From Octopus bimaculoides (Eukaryota), in assembly GCF_001194135.2 (NCBI RefSeq), contig NC_068989.1:3636006-3700005 (forward strand): a DNA stretch of 64,000 bases, given 5' to 3'. Of this stretch, positions 13,381 through 26,819 are shown piece by piece. Made by a program: the position numbers and the translations under genes. The notes under the pieces were generated by a model that saw only the letters and a program-made list of their open reading frames with translations, did no database searches and was not told the origin of the DNA. How positions within the stretch are numbered: the first letter of the stretch is position 1; each line of letters starts with the position of its first letter.

Positions 13381-13849
13381 GTCAGTGCGAAGATAAGCAG
13401 TCAGCTCTGTATTCTAGTCACCGAAAATGATTTAAAACATTCATGGAAATTTGTCGGAAGGGAAAAACGACTGTTATTCTACTAGATGACGGGTTGATAG
13501 AAAACAGTCCTTCTATAAGAAATTGAATTTCTTTTCTTCCATCAAAACTTCTTATTCCTTTAACATTTTTGCTGTTTTGATTTCATTAACAAGTTCATTG
13601 GAGGAAACTAGCGATCGTTATAAATGTTTCGGATAATAAGCAGAAGCCACTTTCAGTGTCTGGTTGATTAGAAGCCATTTTCAAGTGACAGTGCCCAGCT
13701 GTGAGAGCTTACGAGAAACTCTACGTGAATTCAACCGCCATGTTAGAAATGTTGACGCTGTTAGACAAATGCACCAAATTTATATTAAACAGGCGAATTA
13801 ATTACAAACTGGGAAGATTAAATTAGATTTAGATATCTTTACCTTTTAT

Positions 13850-14276
13850 GCTTTGCTTGTTTCAGTCATTAGACTGCGGCCATGCTGGGGCGCCACCTTC
13901 AAGGATATTTAATCGAATGAATTGACTCCAGTCCTTTTCTTTTAATAAGCCTGGTACTCATTCGATAGGTTACGGGGACGTTAATCAGCCAATGCCGGTT
14001 ATCAAATGATGGTGAGGGAAAGTACACACAAAGACATCCACACGCACGCGAGCACACACACGCACACACACACACAAAGACACACATACGAAGAGACAAA
14101 CACGCACACATGTGACGGGCTTCTTTCAGTTTCCATCAACCAAATCCACTCACAAGGCTTTGGTTGGCCCGAGGCTATAGTAGAAGACACTTGCTCAAGG
14201 TGCCACGCAGTGGGACTGAACCCGGGACCATGTGTTTGGTAAGCAAGCTACTTACTACACAGTCATTCCTGCGCCT
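13850..14276 (-). mobile_element. SINE family A, full length, internal (CA)n
   Basis: Tail cttgtttcagtcattagactgcggccatgctgg through head ...cattcctgcgcct; colinear with 61340-61752. Confidence 0.92.
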
Positions 14277-15610
14277 AACTTGATGCTTTTGACTTTAATT
14301 TAACCACACTCCAGGGTTTATAACATCTCTTAAAAAAATATTTCAACTAAATCGGTCATCTCGTCCAATAAAGTATTCCATGTCAGAAACGAAGTTATGA
14401 AACTTTCAGAATCTCTCTCCCTGCCGCACTATTTTGAATAAATCCACGTCACGTCTGAATAACTGATTTATATGGATTTGCAGAAAGCTGATACTATTTC
14501 TCTCTGATGTCGTCGCATAAATGAAACCCTCTTTAAAGGTAACATAATAAAGCTTCTTTACTTCGATGTTTTCAGAGGTTTATTCGGATGGTGCAGGCGA
14601 TATTAAAAACAGAATTGAAAAATTTAACTAGGTTTGGAAGGCCATTATACAGATCTCTATCTCTGCCATTTACACTATGCCAACTTGCTCTTTCAATCGC
14701 TGCCAACAACATATGGTTGTCCTCAAGAATAAATACAGGCCCTAATATTGGAAATGAAACGGTTCTCACTTTCAAGAGATCTTTTCCATTACCATATACA
14801 AACAGAAGAACCTTATGGTATTAAGTATTCAAGAAGATTCGATTCTCAGACGTTTCTTAACCTACTCTGCATGGATCTCTTTTTATAGCTTCCAAAGTTC
14901 CCCACGGTGACAACAGCTGGCTCTTTCACAACTTATAAGATTTCTTGTTTGGTTTTCATTATAAGTCTATCACGGGCAGTGTTTTACAAGCGTGTTCTTA
15001 TATATATGTCAACATCTCCGATATAATTTCTCCTTTGTTAGTTTAAAAACTGCCTCTTGTTTATGCAAACAGTAGTGGAATTAAAGAGTATTTGTTTTTT
15101 GTGGTAGTTGCTAATGTTGTTGTTTTAATTAACACTTTAATCATAAGGAGTATATGTATGTATTATGTTTGCATTATTAATATTTATATGTGCGAATGTC
15201 TACAAAAAGGTGTCTGTATATAAAGCAATAAAGAATTAACAGTTTGATTGATTATAAACAGAGAATCACTCAACTTGATATTTGATATCGATGACCATTA
15301 TGATCTCTTTAATATCAAGCATTCGACTGCACTCAATATTTGCTGAACAAACATTCAATACGTTCTCCCAACCAGTTGTTGTTATTCGTTGACGTGTAAC
15401 GAAATTGCGATCCACTGAACAACAGTATTGATATTTGTTATGTTTGTTTAGCCATTATAAATTACATTTGTCAAATTTATTTATGAAAAACGTATATTTT
15501 TGTTTCAGATTTGCACAAAAAAAGTAATTAATTCTTTAGAATGACTACTGTATTTATTTTTCCAGCTAGACCGTACTAATCTACGATTTCACACATCACC
15601 TCAGTTAAAC

Positions 15611-15916
15611 CAATGTTTTTCAAGTGGAGGGGGGGGGGGCTCCTGAGGGTCCGTATGGCCCTTAGAAATCCATATGGCCCTTGGGAATCCATTTGACCCT
15701 TGGGAGTCCATATAAGATTTTTTTTGTTAAAATTTATGTACAATAAACTGGTTGTATTTCAACAATCCATAAAATATTTAAACATCTCTTTATACAATTC
15801 CAAATAATGTTTAATCATAAAACTATAATAAGAGATTTGAGAAATCGAATGACCTCTCTGAGTAAAATAGGAATTAAAGGGGACCAGAGGTCAAACAAAA
15901 TGACTGAGAACCGCTG
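15611..15916. mobile_element. hAT (Charlie-like) MITE with internal 19-bp tandem repeats
   Basis: Ends CAATGTTTTTCAA and (T)GAGAACCGCTG resemble CAGTGGTTCTCAA-type TIRs; flanks AGTTAAAC / ATCGAAAC match 5/8 (decayed 8-bp TSD); CCATATGGCCCTTGGGAAT-like units start at 15651, 15670, 15689, 15708. Confidence 0.6.
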
Positions 15917-16552
15917 ATCGAAACCAAACTGATCCTAACTAAATAAACCTCTTCAGCCGTGTCTAACTGAGCCACGATTCCACTTGTTGCTTCTTTTGAG
16001 TCGCTCACACATAATAAACGACTCAGATACAGGTTATAATAGTTAACCACTTTATTGTTACTATTGACTAATAGTCAATAAACTATTAATGACTTCATTT
16101 CGTTTCCGAGAATTCCTTCATTAAACATCTCTGGCTTACTCAACGACTTCATTTACCATTCTACAGTCAAATCCTTAAGAGACTGCAGTTACGCGACGAA
16201 TATCAAATTAATCTACAAACAATTAATCAACTGGCTTCAAATTTTGGCAAAAAGGCCAGAAATATCGAAGGGTAGGTAAGTTGATTACATCAACCCCACG
16301 CACACACATACATCCATACACACACCCATACACACACACGCACATACACACACCTACACACACACGAATAACACATTTATCGCAGATTCGGTCTATTGAA
16401 TTCATTCACAAACCATTGGTCGGCCTGGGGCTATAATATAAGACACTTGACACCTCGATTGGATTTTTACGACATCTGAGGTTCCGCCCGCTATGAAACA
16501 TATGTAGCCCGGCCGGATCTTATCCACTCCATTCCGTAACACTCTTGTATAT

Positions 16553-16597
<45 letters not shown>

Positions 16598-17284
16598 NNN
16601 NNNNNNNNNNNNNNNNNNNNNNNNNNNNNNNNNNNNNNNNNNNNNNNNNNNNNNNNNNNNNNNNNNNNNNNNNNNNNNNNNNNNNNNNNNNNNNNNNNNN
16701 NNNNNNNNNNNNNNNTATATATATATATATCTTGAAGAAGCTCATAAAAGAAAATCAGACACAGGAAATATTTTTAATTAAAATGGAATTAATATTTTCA
16801 AGTATCCAAGAGAAGAAAAGTTTGTTTCTTGGCTTAAAAATTCTAAGTTTTTATCTACCAACAGACATTTGCTAATGTTCCTCTCTTGAATAATTCTCTT
16901 CAAGAATATCTAACAGAATAATACAAATTAATTTTCCATTTTCTAGTAGTTTGCCTTCTTTCATCATCAAATAACCAACAAATGATGAGAGAGAATTTGC
17001 CTTCTTTTATATTGAAGTAGAGTAATGAAATGTTATGTCTTTTAATGTAAACTCTTATTGGTGTTTCGTAACAGGTGTTACAAGTGTTTTTGTTTCATTA
17101 ACAGACGTCTCAATCGTAAATCGCTTAAAACCATTTGCGATTTTTTCTATGATTAGCAGAAAGAAACATTTTCCAAAACAAAGAACGAAAGAAAAGAAAA
17201 CGTAACTTATCTGGTATAATATATGATTGAAATCTCTTCTACAGGTGAGGATGCGTGGCCTGTTACATAGGATGGTGTTCTTGC

Positions 17285-17400
17285 AATTGTGATTTCGATT
17301 CCAGAACTGGGTGGTTCGTTGCGTTCTTGATTAAGACACTTCATTTCACCACGTTGCTCCAGTTGCTCCCACAAATCTGCTTTGTCACCATCTCGTCAAG
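17285..17400 (+). mobile_element. SINE family C, decayed B-box and central domain
   Basis: gatttcgattcc...cgttgcgttcttgattaagacacttcatttcac..gttgctccag parallels 58781-58842. Confidence 0.6.
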
Positions 17401-17499
17401 TGATACTAACACTAGATATGTGCATTAGATATCCACCAGTGTTAGATATCCGCATGAAATTCCCTCATTAGATAATCTGATATTCTTGTATCGTTTCCT

Positions 17500-17885
17500 T
17501 GACATGCTTCAGTGATTAGATTGCGGCCATTCTGGGGTACCCACGTGAAGAAGTTTTAGCCGAATGGATTCGACACCAGCGCTTAGTACTTTTCTAAAGC
17601 CTGGTACATAATCTATCGATCGCTTTTGCCGAACCGTTAGATTATAGGAGGATGTAAACACACCAATAAACCGGTGATCACACACACACAGACACACACA
17701 GAGACACACACACAGAAGCATATATGTATAGAAGGAGCTTCTTTCAATTTCCATCTACCAAATCCACACAAGGCTTTGGTCGACCCAAGGCTATAGAAGA
17801 CACTTGCCCAAGATGCCATGCGATGGGACTGAACCCAGAACCATGCGGTTGGGAAACAAGCATCTTAACACAAAGCCACACCTAC
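17500..17885 (-). mobile_element. SINE family A, near full length, diverged
   Basis: cttcagtgattagattgcggccattctgg...gactgaacccagaaccatgcggttggg. Confidence 0.88.
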
Positions 17886-18303
17886 AGCATACGCCTTTGC
17901 GAACCATACGCACCAGATAGCCGCATCAGTTTCTAAATAATTATACATTACCAAACTCAACCGGGAATTCTCTCTTTACCTTGGTTTACCCTTCTTCATA
18001 CCATTTCGCCCAAATGCCACCATATAACTCTTCTTGTTGCACTTACATTCTACGAAGGCAAGGGAAGTGTATGGCTGCTCAGGACATTGATTTTGGTTGC
18101 AAGAACTTGGAATAAATTAAAAGTGAATTTATTAAATAAAGTAACCGTTATTACAATAAAGAATAAATTATTGATGTATAAATATTGGAATGTAAACACA
18201 AAAATCATATTCCATATTCATCTCTGTTTTAACTTTCCTTCCAACCTGCCCGTCTCTTTGAATACTAGTCTGTTTAGCTCTCATCCTCTCTGTTCATATA
18301 TGC

Positions 18304-18304
<1 letters not shown>

Positions 18305-18396
<92 letters not shown>

Positions 18397-18406
18397 GCAC
18401 TCTCTC

Positions 18407-18463
<57 letters not shown>

Positions 18464-18612
18464 GTATAAATATATACGTATATATACATACACATATACA
18501 CATCTATACTTATATATATACAAATCTATACTTATATTTATGCAAATATACATGCATGTGTATGTATATATAGAGATATATATCACACATTTATATATGG
18601 TATATTTATATA

Positions 18613-18660
<48 letters not shown>
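18305..18660. repeat. (TCTA)n followed by (TA)n-rich microsatellites
   Basis: tctatcta run 18305-18395; TA runs up to the gap. Confidence 0.9.
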
Positions 18661-20074
18661 NNNNNNNNNNNNNNNNNNNNNNNNNNNNNNNNNNNNNNNN
18701 NNNNNNNNNNNNNNNNNNNNNNNNNNNNNNNNNNNNNNNNNNNNNNNNNNNNNNNNNNNNNNNNNNNNNNNNNNNNNNNNNNNNNNNNNNNNNNNNNNNN
18801 NNNNNNNNNNNNNNNNNNNNNNNNNNNNNNNNNNNNNNNNNNNNNNNNNNNNNNNNNNNNNNNNNNNNNNNNNNNNNNNNNNNNNNNNNNNNNNNNNNNN
18901 NNNNNNNNNNNNNNNNNNNNNNNNNNNNNNNNNNNNNNNNNNNNNNNNNNNNNNNNNNNNNNNNNNNNNNNNNNNNNNNNNNNNNNNNNNNNNNNNNNNN
19001 NNNNNNNNNNNNNNNNNNNNNNNNNNNNNNNNNNNNNNNNNNNNNNNNNNNNNNNNNNNNNNNNNNNNNNNNNNNNNNNNNNNNNNNNNNNNNNNNNNNN
19101 NNNNNNNNNNNNNNNNNNNNNNNNNNNNNNNNNNNNNNNNNNNNNNNNNNNNNNNNNATATATATATATATATATATAATACAAAATATATATGCATGTT
19201 TACACACATATATGTATATACTTTCATCTACATGTGTGTATAGATGCATATCAGGGTACAGGACGTTAGAACAATGAACTACAGACAACGGAACGAACAC
19301 ATAGGAAAACAAAAAGCCACTTGCAATTATTCATCAGCTGCCTCTATTCTAACTCGACGTTTCATATATGTATATATATGTATATGCACATAAATATATG
19401 TATATGTATATATATGTATATATGTGTATATGTGTATATATATATACATATCTGTATATATATATATATATAGGTGTCATACTAATATATACTTTTGTTA
19501 TTTACACCACCTGTCCTCGTCTGTTGTTATTTTTTGTATATTCTCCCATATATATATATATATCTGTATNNNNNNNNNNNNNNNNNNNNNNNNNNNNNNN
19601 NNNNNNNNNNNNNNNNNNNNNNNNNNNNNNNNNNNNNNNNNNNNNNNNNNNNNNNNNNNNNNNNNNNNNNNNNNNNNNTATATATATATATATATATATA
19701 TGCACATATATATATGTATATGATAGATACATATGTACCTATATTTGATACATTCATACGCTAATACACACCTATATATTTCGAAATGGCGATCGGATGA
19801 AAAAAAACAAAACAAAAAAACTAGGGAATAGCAGAAAGAGAAAAATGAAGCGCGATAAGTAGAGGCGAAGAGAAAACAAAAGGGAAAGTGTAGGGGACAG
19901 ATTGCAAAGCTTGGCAGGGCAGAAAATAGCAAATTTTGTAATTTTTAGTCCCAAACACATCTAAATCTCCAGAACTTCTCGGTACATTTTATTATGGCTG
20001 ATCTCCAAACATAGAGCATATATTTGAATCCATAGTCATTAAAGTTTGTTGTTTACACTTGGTCTGTTCGAAGC

Positions 20075-20184
20075 CGAAATGGTGATGTAGAACAAGCAAC
20101 AACCCATCAGTGGCTGAGAACCTCAGGACTGAAAGCAGAGATTGCGGGTTTCATATTAGCGGCACAAGATTAAAGCTTACTTAT

Positions 20185-20236
<52 letters not shown>

Positions 20237-20992
20237 GACGTTCTTCAAAACGGCTCTGTCCCTAAATGCAGCTTCTGCAGTAAATTTGATGAAGCAATAG
20301 ACCATCTCATCTCGGGATGTCCTGTGCTGACACCAGACGAATACAAAAATCTCCACGATAGGGTAGGACAGTATTTACATTGGAAAATATGTAAACACTG
20401 CAAAATCAGTACTCCTGCTTCCTGGTATGAACATCATCCTGAGCCAGTCGTTGAAGGTAAAAATGTCACAATTCTCTGAGATTTTCGACTCAACACCGAC
20501 AGAACGATCCAGGCTAATCGACCAGGTATAATTATTAAAAACTGGGAAGAAAATAATATTTGTAGACTAATAGATGTAAGTGTTTCTACTGATGAAAATA
20601 TATCCCTAAAGGAATTTGAAAAATTAAGTAAATATAGGGACCTAGAAATTGAAATACAAAAGATGTGGCATCTTAAAGCGAGAACCGTTCCTGTTACTGT
20701 GGGACTTTAGGCATAATAAGAAAAGAATGTCAGAAAAATCTAGATAATATCCCAGGAGAACCATGTCTCAGAGAAATCCAAAAGATTATACTGGCAAATA
20801 ATACCCACATCCTTACAAAAACTATCGATTTAATTGTATGTGTTGTATTACATAAAGATATTTCGCTACTGCCCCTGCCACTTCCCCTCACTAAACTTTC
20901 AGTCATACTGTAACATTTCTTCTTCTTCACTCGCCTTAGGACGCTGGGTGTGTCTCCATAAGTGACTGTAACAAGCATACAGATTAAAAATA

Positions 20993-20995
<3 letters not shown>
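20075..20995 (+). mobile_element. R4/Dong-clade non-LTR retrotransposon, 5'-truncated 3' end (CCHC knuckle, RLE endonuclease, 3' UTR)
   Basis: Manual translation: THQWLRTSGLKAEIAGFILAAQD*SLL...KCSFCSKFDEAIDHLISGC...KNLHDRVGQYLHWKIC...IL*DF...RTIQANRPGIII...LIDVSV...KEFEKLSKYRDLEIEIQKMWHLK...VPVTVGTLG; ends on (TAA)n at 20995. Confidence 0.92.
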
Positions 20996-21030
<35 letters not shown>

Positions 21031-21059
21031 TGATGATGATGATGATGATGATGATAACA

Positions 21060-21290
21060 ATAATGTAACAATTGTTTCGGACTTTCCAGTACATAGAGAA
21101 CCATCAAAGATAATAAACCAGATAATGTTGTGAAAGACTAAAACAATAAAGCCTGTTTATTGATCGACTTGTGTATTTGTTTTGATCATTCTAACTCAGC
21201 AAAAGAATTTGACAAGCTCAGAAAATATAAAGACATCTTCATTGAAATCGAGAAAAGGTGGCATCCCAAAGCGTTTACGATGCCAGAGAA
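21060..21290 (+). mobile_element. Second R4/Dong RLE fragment
   Basis: VTIVSDFPVH/RTIKDNKPDNVVKD*NNKACLLIDL...AKEFDKLRKYKDIFIEIEKRWHPK. Confidence 0.85.
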
Positions 21291-21329
21291 GAAGAAAAAA
21301 AATCATAATAGTAATAATGATGATAATCT

Positions 21330-21518
21330 TTTCTCTTAGACAAAAACCCTGAGATTTTGAGAGAGGGGGCTGGTCGTTTACATCGACCGAAGTGCTTAGT
21401 TCATGCTCATTTTATAGACCCCCATGAGGACAAATGTCAATGTCGACTTCGGCGGAATTTGATCTCGTAAAGTAAAGGACAAGATGCCGCTAAGCATTTT
21501 CACCGTGTGCTCAACACC

Positions 21519-21520
<2 letters not shown>
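21330..21520 (-). mobile_element. SINE family B, diverged, in a (TAA)n context
   Basis: gtcgacttcggcggaatttgatctc...gccgctaagcatttt is the reverse complement of the 57324 head; (TAA)n at 21520-21572. Confidence 0.8.
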
Positions 21521-21571
<51 letters not shown>

Positions 21572-21574
<3 letters not shown>

Positions 21575-21675
21575 CCTGTCTACAAAAGGCATAGAGCCTG
21601 GAATTTGGGGTGGGGGAGGAGACTAGTCGATTATATCAACCCCAGTATTTCACTGGTACTTAATTTATCGACAGA
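21572..21675 (-). mobile_element. SINE family B, 3' fragment
   Basis: tagtcgattatatcaaccccagt...ggtacttaatttatcgac. Confidence 0.75.
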
Positions 21676-22089
21676 TGCAGGATTACTCTGAACACAAAAG
21701 TCACGGGCCCTTTTCCAAATGTTGCTCTCCAATCTACAGGCGCATACTTAGAGCAGGTCCATCCACCCAAACCATTTTCGTCACAGTCACCCGTTTTCCG
21801 TGCACTTCTGCGCCTGTAGAGCTTATCTCGAATTCGCAGTGCTTCTCGACGGCACTGTTAGGCCAGGGATTTCTGGGCAGGCCATGGCAATACTAAGCTC
21901 GTGGCTCCCCCATAACAAGCCAGCTAGTTAATCCTTATCGACGCTTAGAGTTTCCCTAGGAATATCATCTCTTTTACCCACCACGAGATATTTATATATC
22001 GCTACCATAGATCTTCCACTGACTGCAATGTCCGACTGCATGGAGGACAGTTAGCGCAATGATCATTTTTATTGTACGCATCTCTATCA

Positions 22090-22280
22090 TGAGGCGTGGA
22101 ATTTTGGTGGCGGTAATTAGTCGATTACATCGATCCCAGTGTACAACTGGTACGTGTTTTCTCGTTCCCGAAAGAATGAAAAGCAGAATCGGACACGGTG
22201 GAATTTCAACTTGGGACGTAAAGAGCAAGAAGAAATGCCGTTCAGTATTGTGTCTGACTTGCTAATAATTCTCCTTTCTG
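22090..22280 (-). mobile_element. SINE family B, diverged
   Basis: tagtcgattacatcgatcccagt...cccgaaagaatgaaaagcaga..cggtggaatttcaac. Confidence 0.8.
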
Positions 22281-22332
22281 GCAACACACATGCATATGTA
22301 TGTGTACATATATGTCTATGTGCATTCATATA

Positions 22333-22381
<49 letters not shown>

Positions 22382-22759
22382 ATGTATGTCAACTTCTATA
22401 CTTGTTTAAATAAATACAATATCATGTATATACATGTAGATACACATACACATATTAGACGACGCACTTATACTTAAAGTTATATCATATATAACTATAT
22501 CTATATCTATATGTATAAAAATACATATACGTACATTCATAAGTACATACGTACATACAAACAAACATACACACACGCGTATATATATATATATACATAT
22601 ATATAGGCAAGTAATTTGCGTACATAGTATATATATATATATATATATGTATGTATATATAAATGTATGCATGTAATTATATATTCGTTTGAGATAAACA
22701 TCACTCAAACTCATTGATATACATACATACATACTTGTATATATGTGTGTATAAATGTA

Positions 22760-22798
<39 letters not shown>

Positions 22799-22947
22799 AT
22801 GTGTCTGTGTACGTAGGTATGTGCGTCTAAGTTGAACCGAAAGAATCCAATAACTTTTGGAAACGATAACAACACATGCTAAAAACAATTATAGCTGAAT
22901 ATTTCATGTGTTTCAAACACAGACAATAACAAAGATTATATAAAAGG

Positions 22948-23028
<81 letters not shown>

Positions 23029-23647
23029 CACTGGCAAGCAGACTCATACCTAATTGCAAGACACATACGCGTTCACAACATATACTCACACATATATACG
23101 GCTCATACACCCACACATATTTGCCACAGATAAACACATTCTCTCACACACACACACAAAGTCTAAATCTAATTCAAAAACAACAAAAAACCCCGAAAAA
23201 TAAAAATAAAAAGAACACATCGATAAAACAACCAGCCATAATAAAACGCAAAATCATTTATTTTTCTTTTTCTGATAAAGAGACTCAATGAAGATATCTT
23301 TCATATTTTATCGTCTCTTTTGCATCGTTTCCCGTTTTTGTTTTGGCTTTCTTTTGTCTATTTTTTTTCCTTTTTAGTTGAATAAATAAATGCATAAAAA
23401 GCAAACGAAACATATTTAAAAGAGTAAGATACATATAAAAATATAAAACATAAATATATAAATATATACATACAAAATATAACAGTAAAGAAACGGAAAA
23501 AAATGGAAAACAAGACGGCCAATTATTTCTTGTCTGTTCTGAAATAAACGTGAAACATAAGCGATTGTAGATGGTCTTAGTTATCTTGCAACAGTTTGTG
23601 ATTTTTCTTCCACTAACTAACATATTTCCACTTACCACCATCACCTC

Positions 23648-23649
<2 letters not shown>

Positions 23650-23738
<89 letters not shown>

Positions 23739-23870
23739 TATTATTCATGACATTCTTCTATAGAAGTTTTAAGACCAGTTAAACATAGATTATTACATTT
23801 TTTTTCTCATTTGTCTTTTTTTTTTGTTTTTCATCTCTCAGCTATTTGCTCTTCGGTCGATTGATAGTTT

Positions 23871-23949
<79 letters not shown>

Positions 23950-23950
23950 T
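23650..23950. repeat. (ATT)n and (ACT)n/(GCT)n microsatellites
   Basis: ATT run 23652-23745; ACT run 23872-23933. Confidence 0.95.
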
Positions 23951-24446
23951 ATATTGGTATTTCTTCTACGTCCTCACCATATCCAAAAATCAACTTCAAA
24001 TTCAGTTATATTAATAACCTTTGAATTTGTAACGTTTTTTTCTTCTTCTTACTCTTATGATGAAACACACACACANNNNNNNNNNNNNNNNNNNNNNNNN
24101 NNNNNNNNNNNNNNNNNNNNNNNNNNNNNNNNNNNNNNNNNNNNNNNNNNNNNNNNNNNNNNNNNNNNNNNNNNNNNNNNNNNNNNNNNNNNNNNNNNNN
24201 NNNNNNNNNNNNNNNNNNNNNNNNNNNNNNNNNNNNNNNNNNNNNNNNNNNNNNNNNNNNNNNNNNNNNNNNNNNNNNNNNNNNNNNNNNNNNNNNNNNN
24301 NNNNNNNNNNNNNNNNNNNNNNNNNNNNNNNNNNNNNNNNNNNNNNNNNNNNNNNNNNNNNNNNNNNNNNNNNNNNNNNNNNNNNNNNNNNNNNNNNNNN
24401 NNNNNNNNNNNNNNNNNNNNNNNNNNGAATCAACCTCAGTACTGTT

Positions 24447-24578
24447 GTTTTAGAAGCCTGGCTCTTATTTTATCGGTTTTTATTTCGAACTGCTCAGTAA
24501 CGGGGACGTAAACAAACCAACACCGGTTAAGCAGTTGTGGGGGACAAACACAGACACAAAAGCACACGCACACACACG

Positions 24579-24611
<33 letters not shown>

Positions 24612-24790
24612 GTATATATGAATGTACGAATGGCTTCTTTCAGTTTCCGCCTACCAAATCCACTTATAAGGCCTTGCCCAGCCCGTGGATCTAAAAAAAT
24701 ATACTTGCCCATGGTACCAGACAGTGGGACTGAACTCGGATCCATGTGGTTGGGGAGCAAACTTCTTTCCACATAGCCAAGCCTGCTCTG
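24447..24790 (-). mobile_element. SINE family A, near full length, internal (CT)n(CA)n
   Basis: ggggacgtaaacaaaccaacaccggtt...ttctttcagtttccgcctaccaaatccac...gggactgaactcggatccatgtgg. Confidence 0.88.
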
Positions 24791-26819
24791 TGCCAAAACT
24801 AGAAGGAATTACGTGCCAGTGTCAGTAGTGCCGGAGTAAATGTCTTCGGTTGTGACTTCTGGTCTTTTAACTTGCGTTGAACTCTTGCCTAGGTCACCCT
24901 TGCTCTAGGTTCTTTTGGGTCGACCCCATCGCCTTAAAATTCCTGGCGTTGTGCCTAAATTAGAAGCGAATGGTTGTGGATTAGAAGAGTCGATAGAGCA
25001 CCGGAATGTTTCATTTGAAAAGAAAAGTGAAGAGAGGAACAGCCTCACAGCTAATTTGTTGACAGATAGGTAAGAGTGGTGAGCATGGTCCGAGTGAAAG
25101 AGCTCTGAGCATACGCCTAAAAATGGAAGGAGAACAACAAGGAAAACATTCTTGCGTTTGTGTTCAGAGTAGCCATGTTTTGTGCGGTTTCCACAAGTAA
25201 CCATCAGGTATCTCTCTCCTTTGGCTAATTATTCATCGGCAAATTTTACTGTTTCTGTTACTTTTTCTGTTTACACTCTCATGTAATCCCAGATTGTATC
25301 GTCCGGTACTGTCCCTGATCCTTTTGTAAACCCTTGGTGGTTAATAAAGAAATCCTCATCCTCATTATTGTTGTTGTTGTTGCTGTGTACAGAATTAGTT
25401 TTCAATAACTTTTGATGTGTATTTTGTTTCGAAGGCGATCGAAAGCTGAAGGAAGTAGCAATTCTCTTATCGCTCCATGCCAAGTACCGAAGCCATTTTG
25501 TGTTTTTTGCTTGAAAATTACCCGTAAGATGTTAACTAGGAATCATTGCGTTAAATGTAACAACGTGAAGGAAAGAGAAGAGGGCGACAGAAAATAGGAG
25601 GGGGAACAAGGGGAAAGGGATAAAAAATTGTTTCTCACTCTCATAGGAAAAGACAATCCCGTTTTAAGTTAGAAACAACAGCACAACTGCCGTCGACACC
25701 GTTCAGATTAGAAGTATTTGTTGTGGCAACAAGAAAAACAAGAACAACAACTAAGACAGCAATAGCAACAAACATCGACAACAACAACAATAACAACAAC
25801 CCCATCATCATTAACACTGTCACGGCAAATAGGAACATGACTATCGATTTTGGAAGTCGTGGGGCAAGAAAAAAAAAGACGTCTATTTCCGATACATTAG
25901 CTGACACTACCATCACCACCACCGCCGCCGCCACTACCATCATCATTATCATCATCATCATCCTTACCACAGCCACCACCNNNNNNNNNNCACCTCCACC
26001 ACCACCTCCACCACCACCTCCATCACCACCACCGCCACCGCCGCCGTCACATCCACCACCACCACCAGAATCATCACTACTACAGTGACTATGGAAGCCA
26101 GTAGCGACCAGAGCGTAATGATCCCTATGGCTCGAACAACCATTATCGCTTATTGCACTGTATCCCCAGGCGCCGCCTGCAGCAATAGCAATAGTAATAA
26201 GGAGAATAACAACAACAATGATGCCACAATTCATGGCACATTTTTGTTGTTGTTTTTTTGTCAGAGTTAGCTGGGGATTTGACTGGTTACCGTTGGCAAA
26301 ACTGAAGGAGGCAAGAAATGTTGTTCAATTAGAAAAGCAGAACGGCAGAAAATCTTCCCGGATAGTATGGAACCCATGGAAAGAAAGATCGTAACACCAC
26401 TGTCACAAAATGCCTTTCCTAATATTGGAGTTTTCGAGTGATGCACTCTGCCGGCTATATTGATGTATACATATGTATACATAAATACACACACACCCAT
26501 GTATGTATGTATGTATGTATGTATGTATGTATGTATGTATGTATGTATGTATGTATGTATGTATGTCTGCGTGTGTGTGTGTGTGTGTGTGTTTGCGTCT
26601 GAACAAAGTCTGTAGTGACGTAATTTTCAATTCCGCATCAGATGATATTGAACAGCAAAAAATGATTCATCTAAAAAAAGTAGTCTTTACCAAGAGTCAC
26701 ATCACTAGCGTTTACGAGCGAGGATTTCAACGTGATTATCATCTCCATGGGTCAGTGAGAAAAGAAGGCAAAGGTAAGAAGCCGGTCGTTTAAAAGCGAC
26801 AAATGTTAGCTGGCGATAT

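Noticed and set aside
18047-18049. 3-nt minus-strand microexon (TTGCCTTCGTAG|AAT|GTAAGT)
   Set aside because: Too short to distinguish from chance without reads; the context looks like decayed repeat.
19331-19363. Minus-strand GAAACGTC followed by CTGATGA (possible permuted hammerhead)
   Set aside because: Helix I cannot form and helix II would be 3 A-U pairs from a TA repeat; at most the 3' half of a broken PLE hammerhead.
25050-25160. Possible APE fragment (*AYA*)
   Set aside because: Similarity rests on a few residues with stops.
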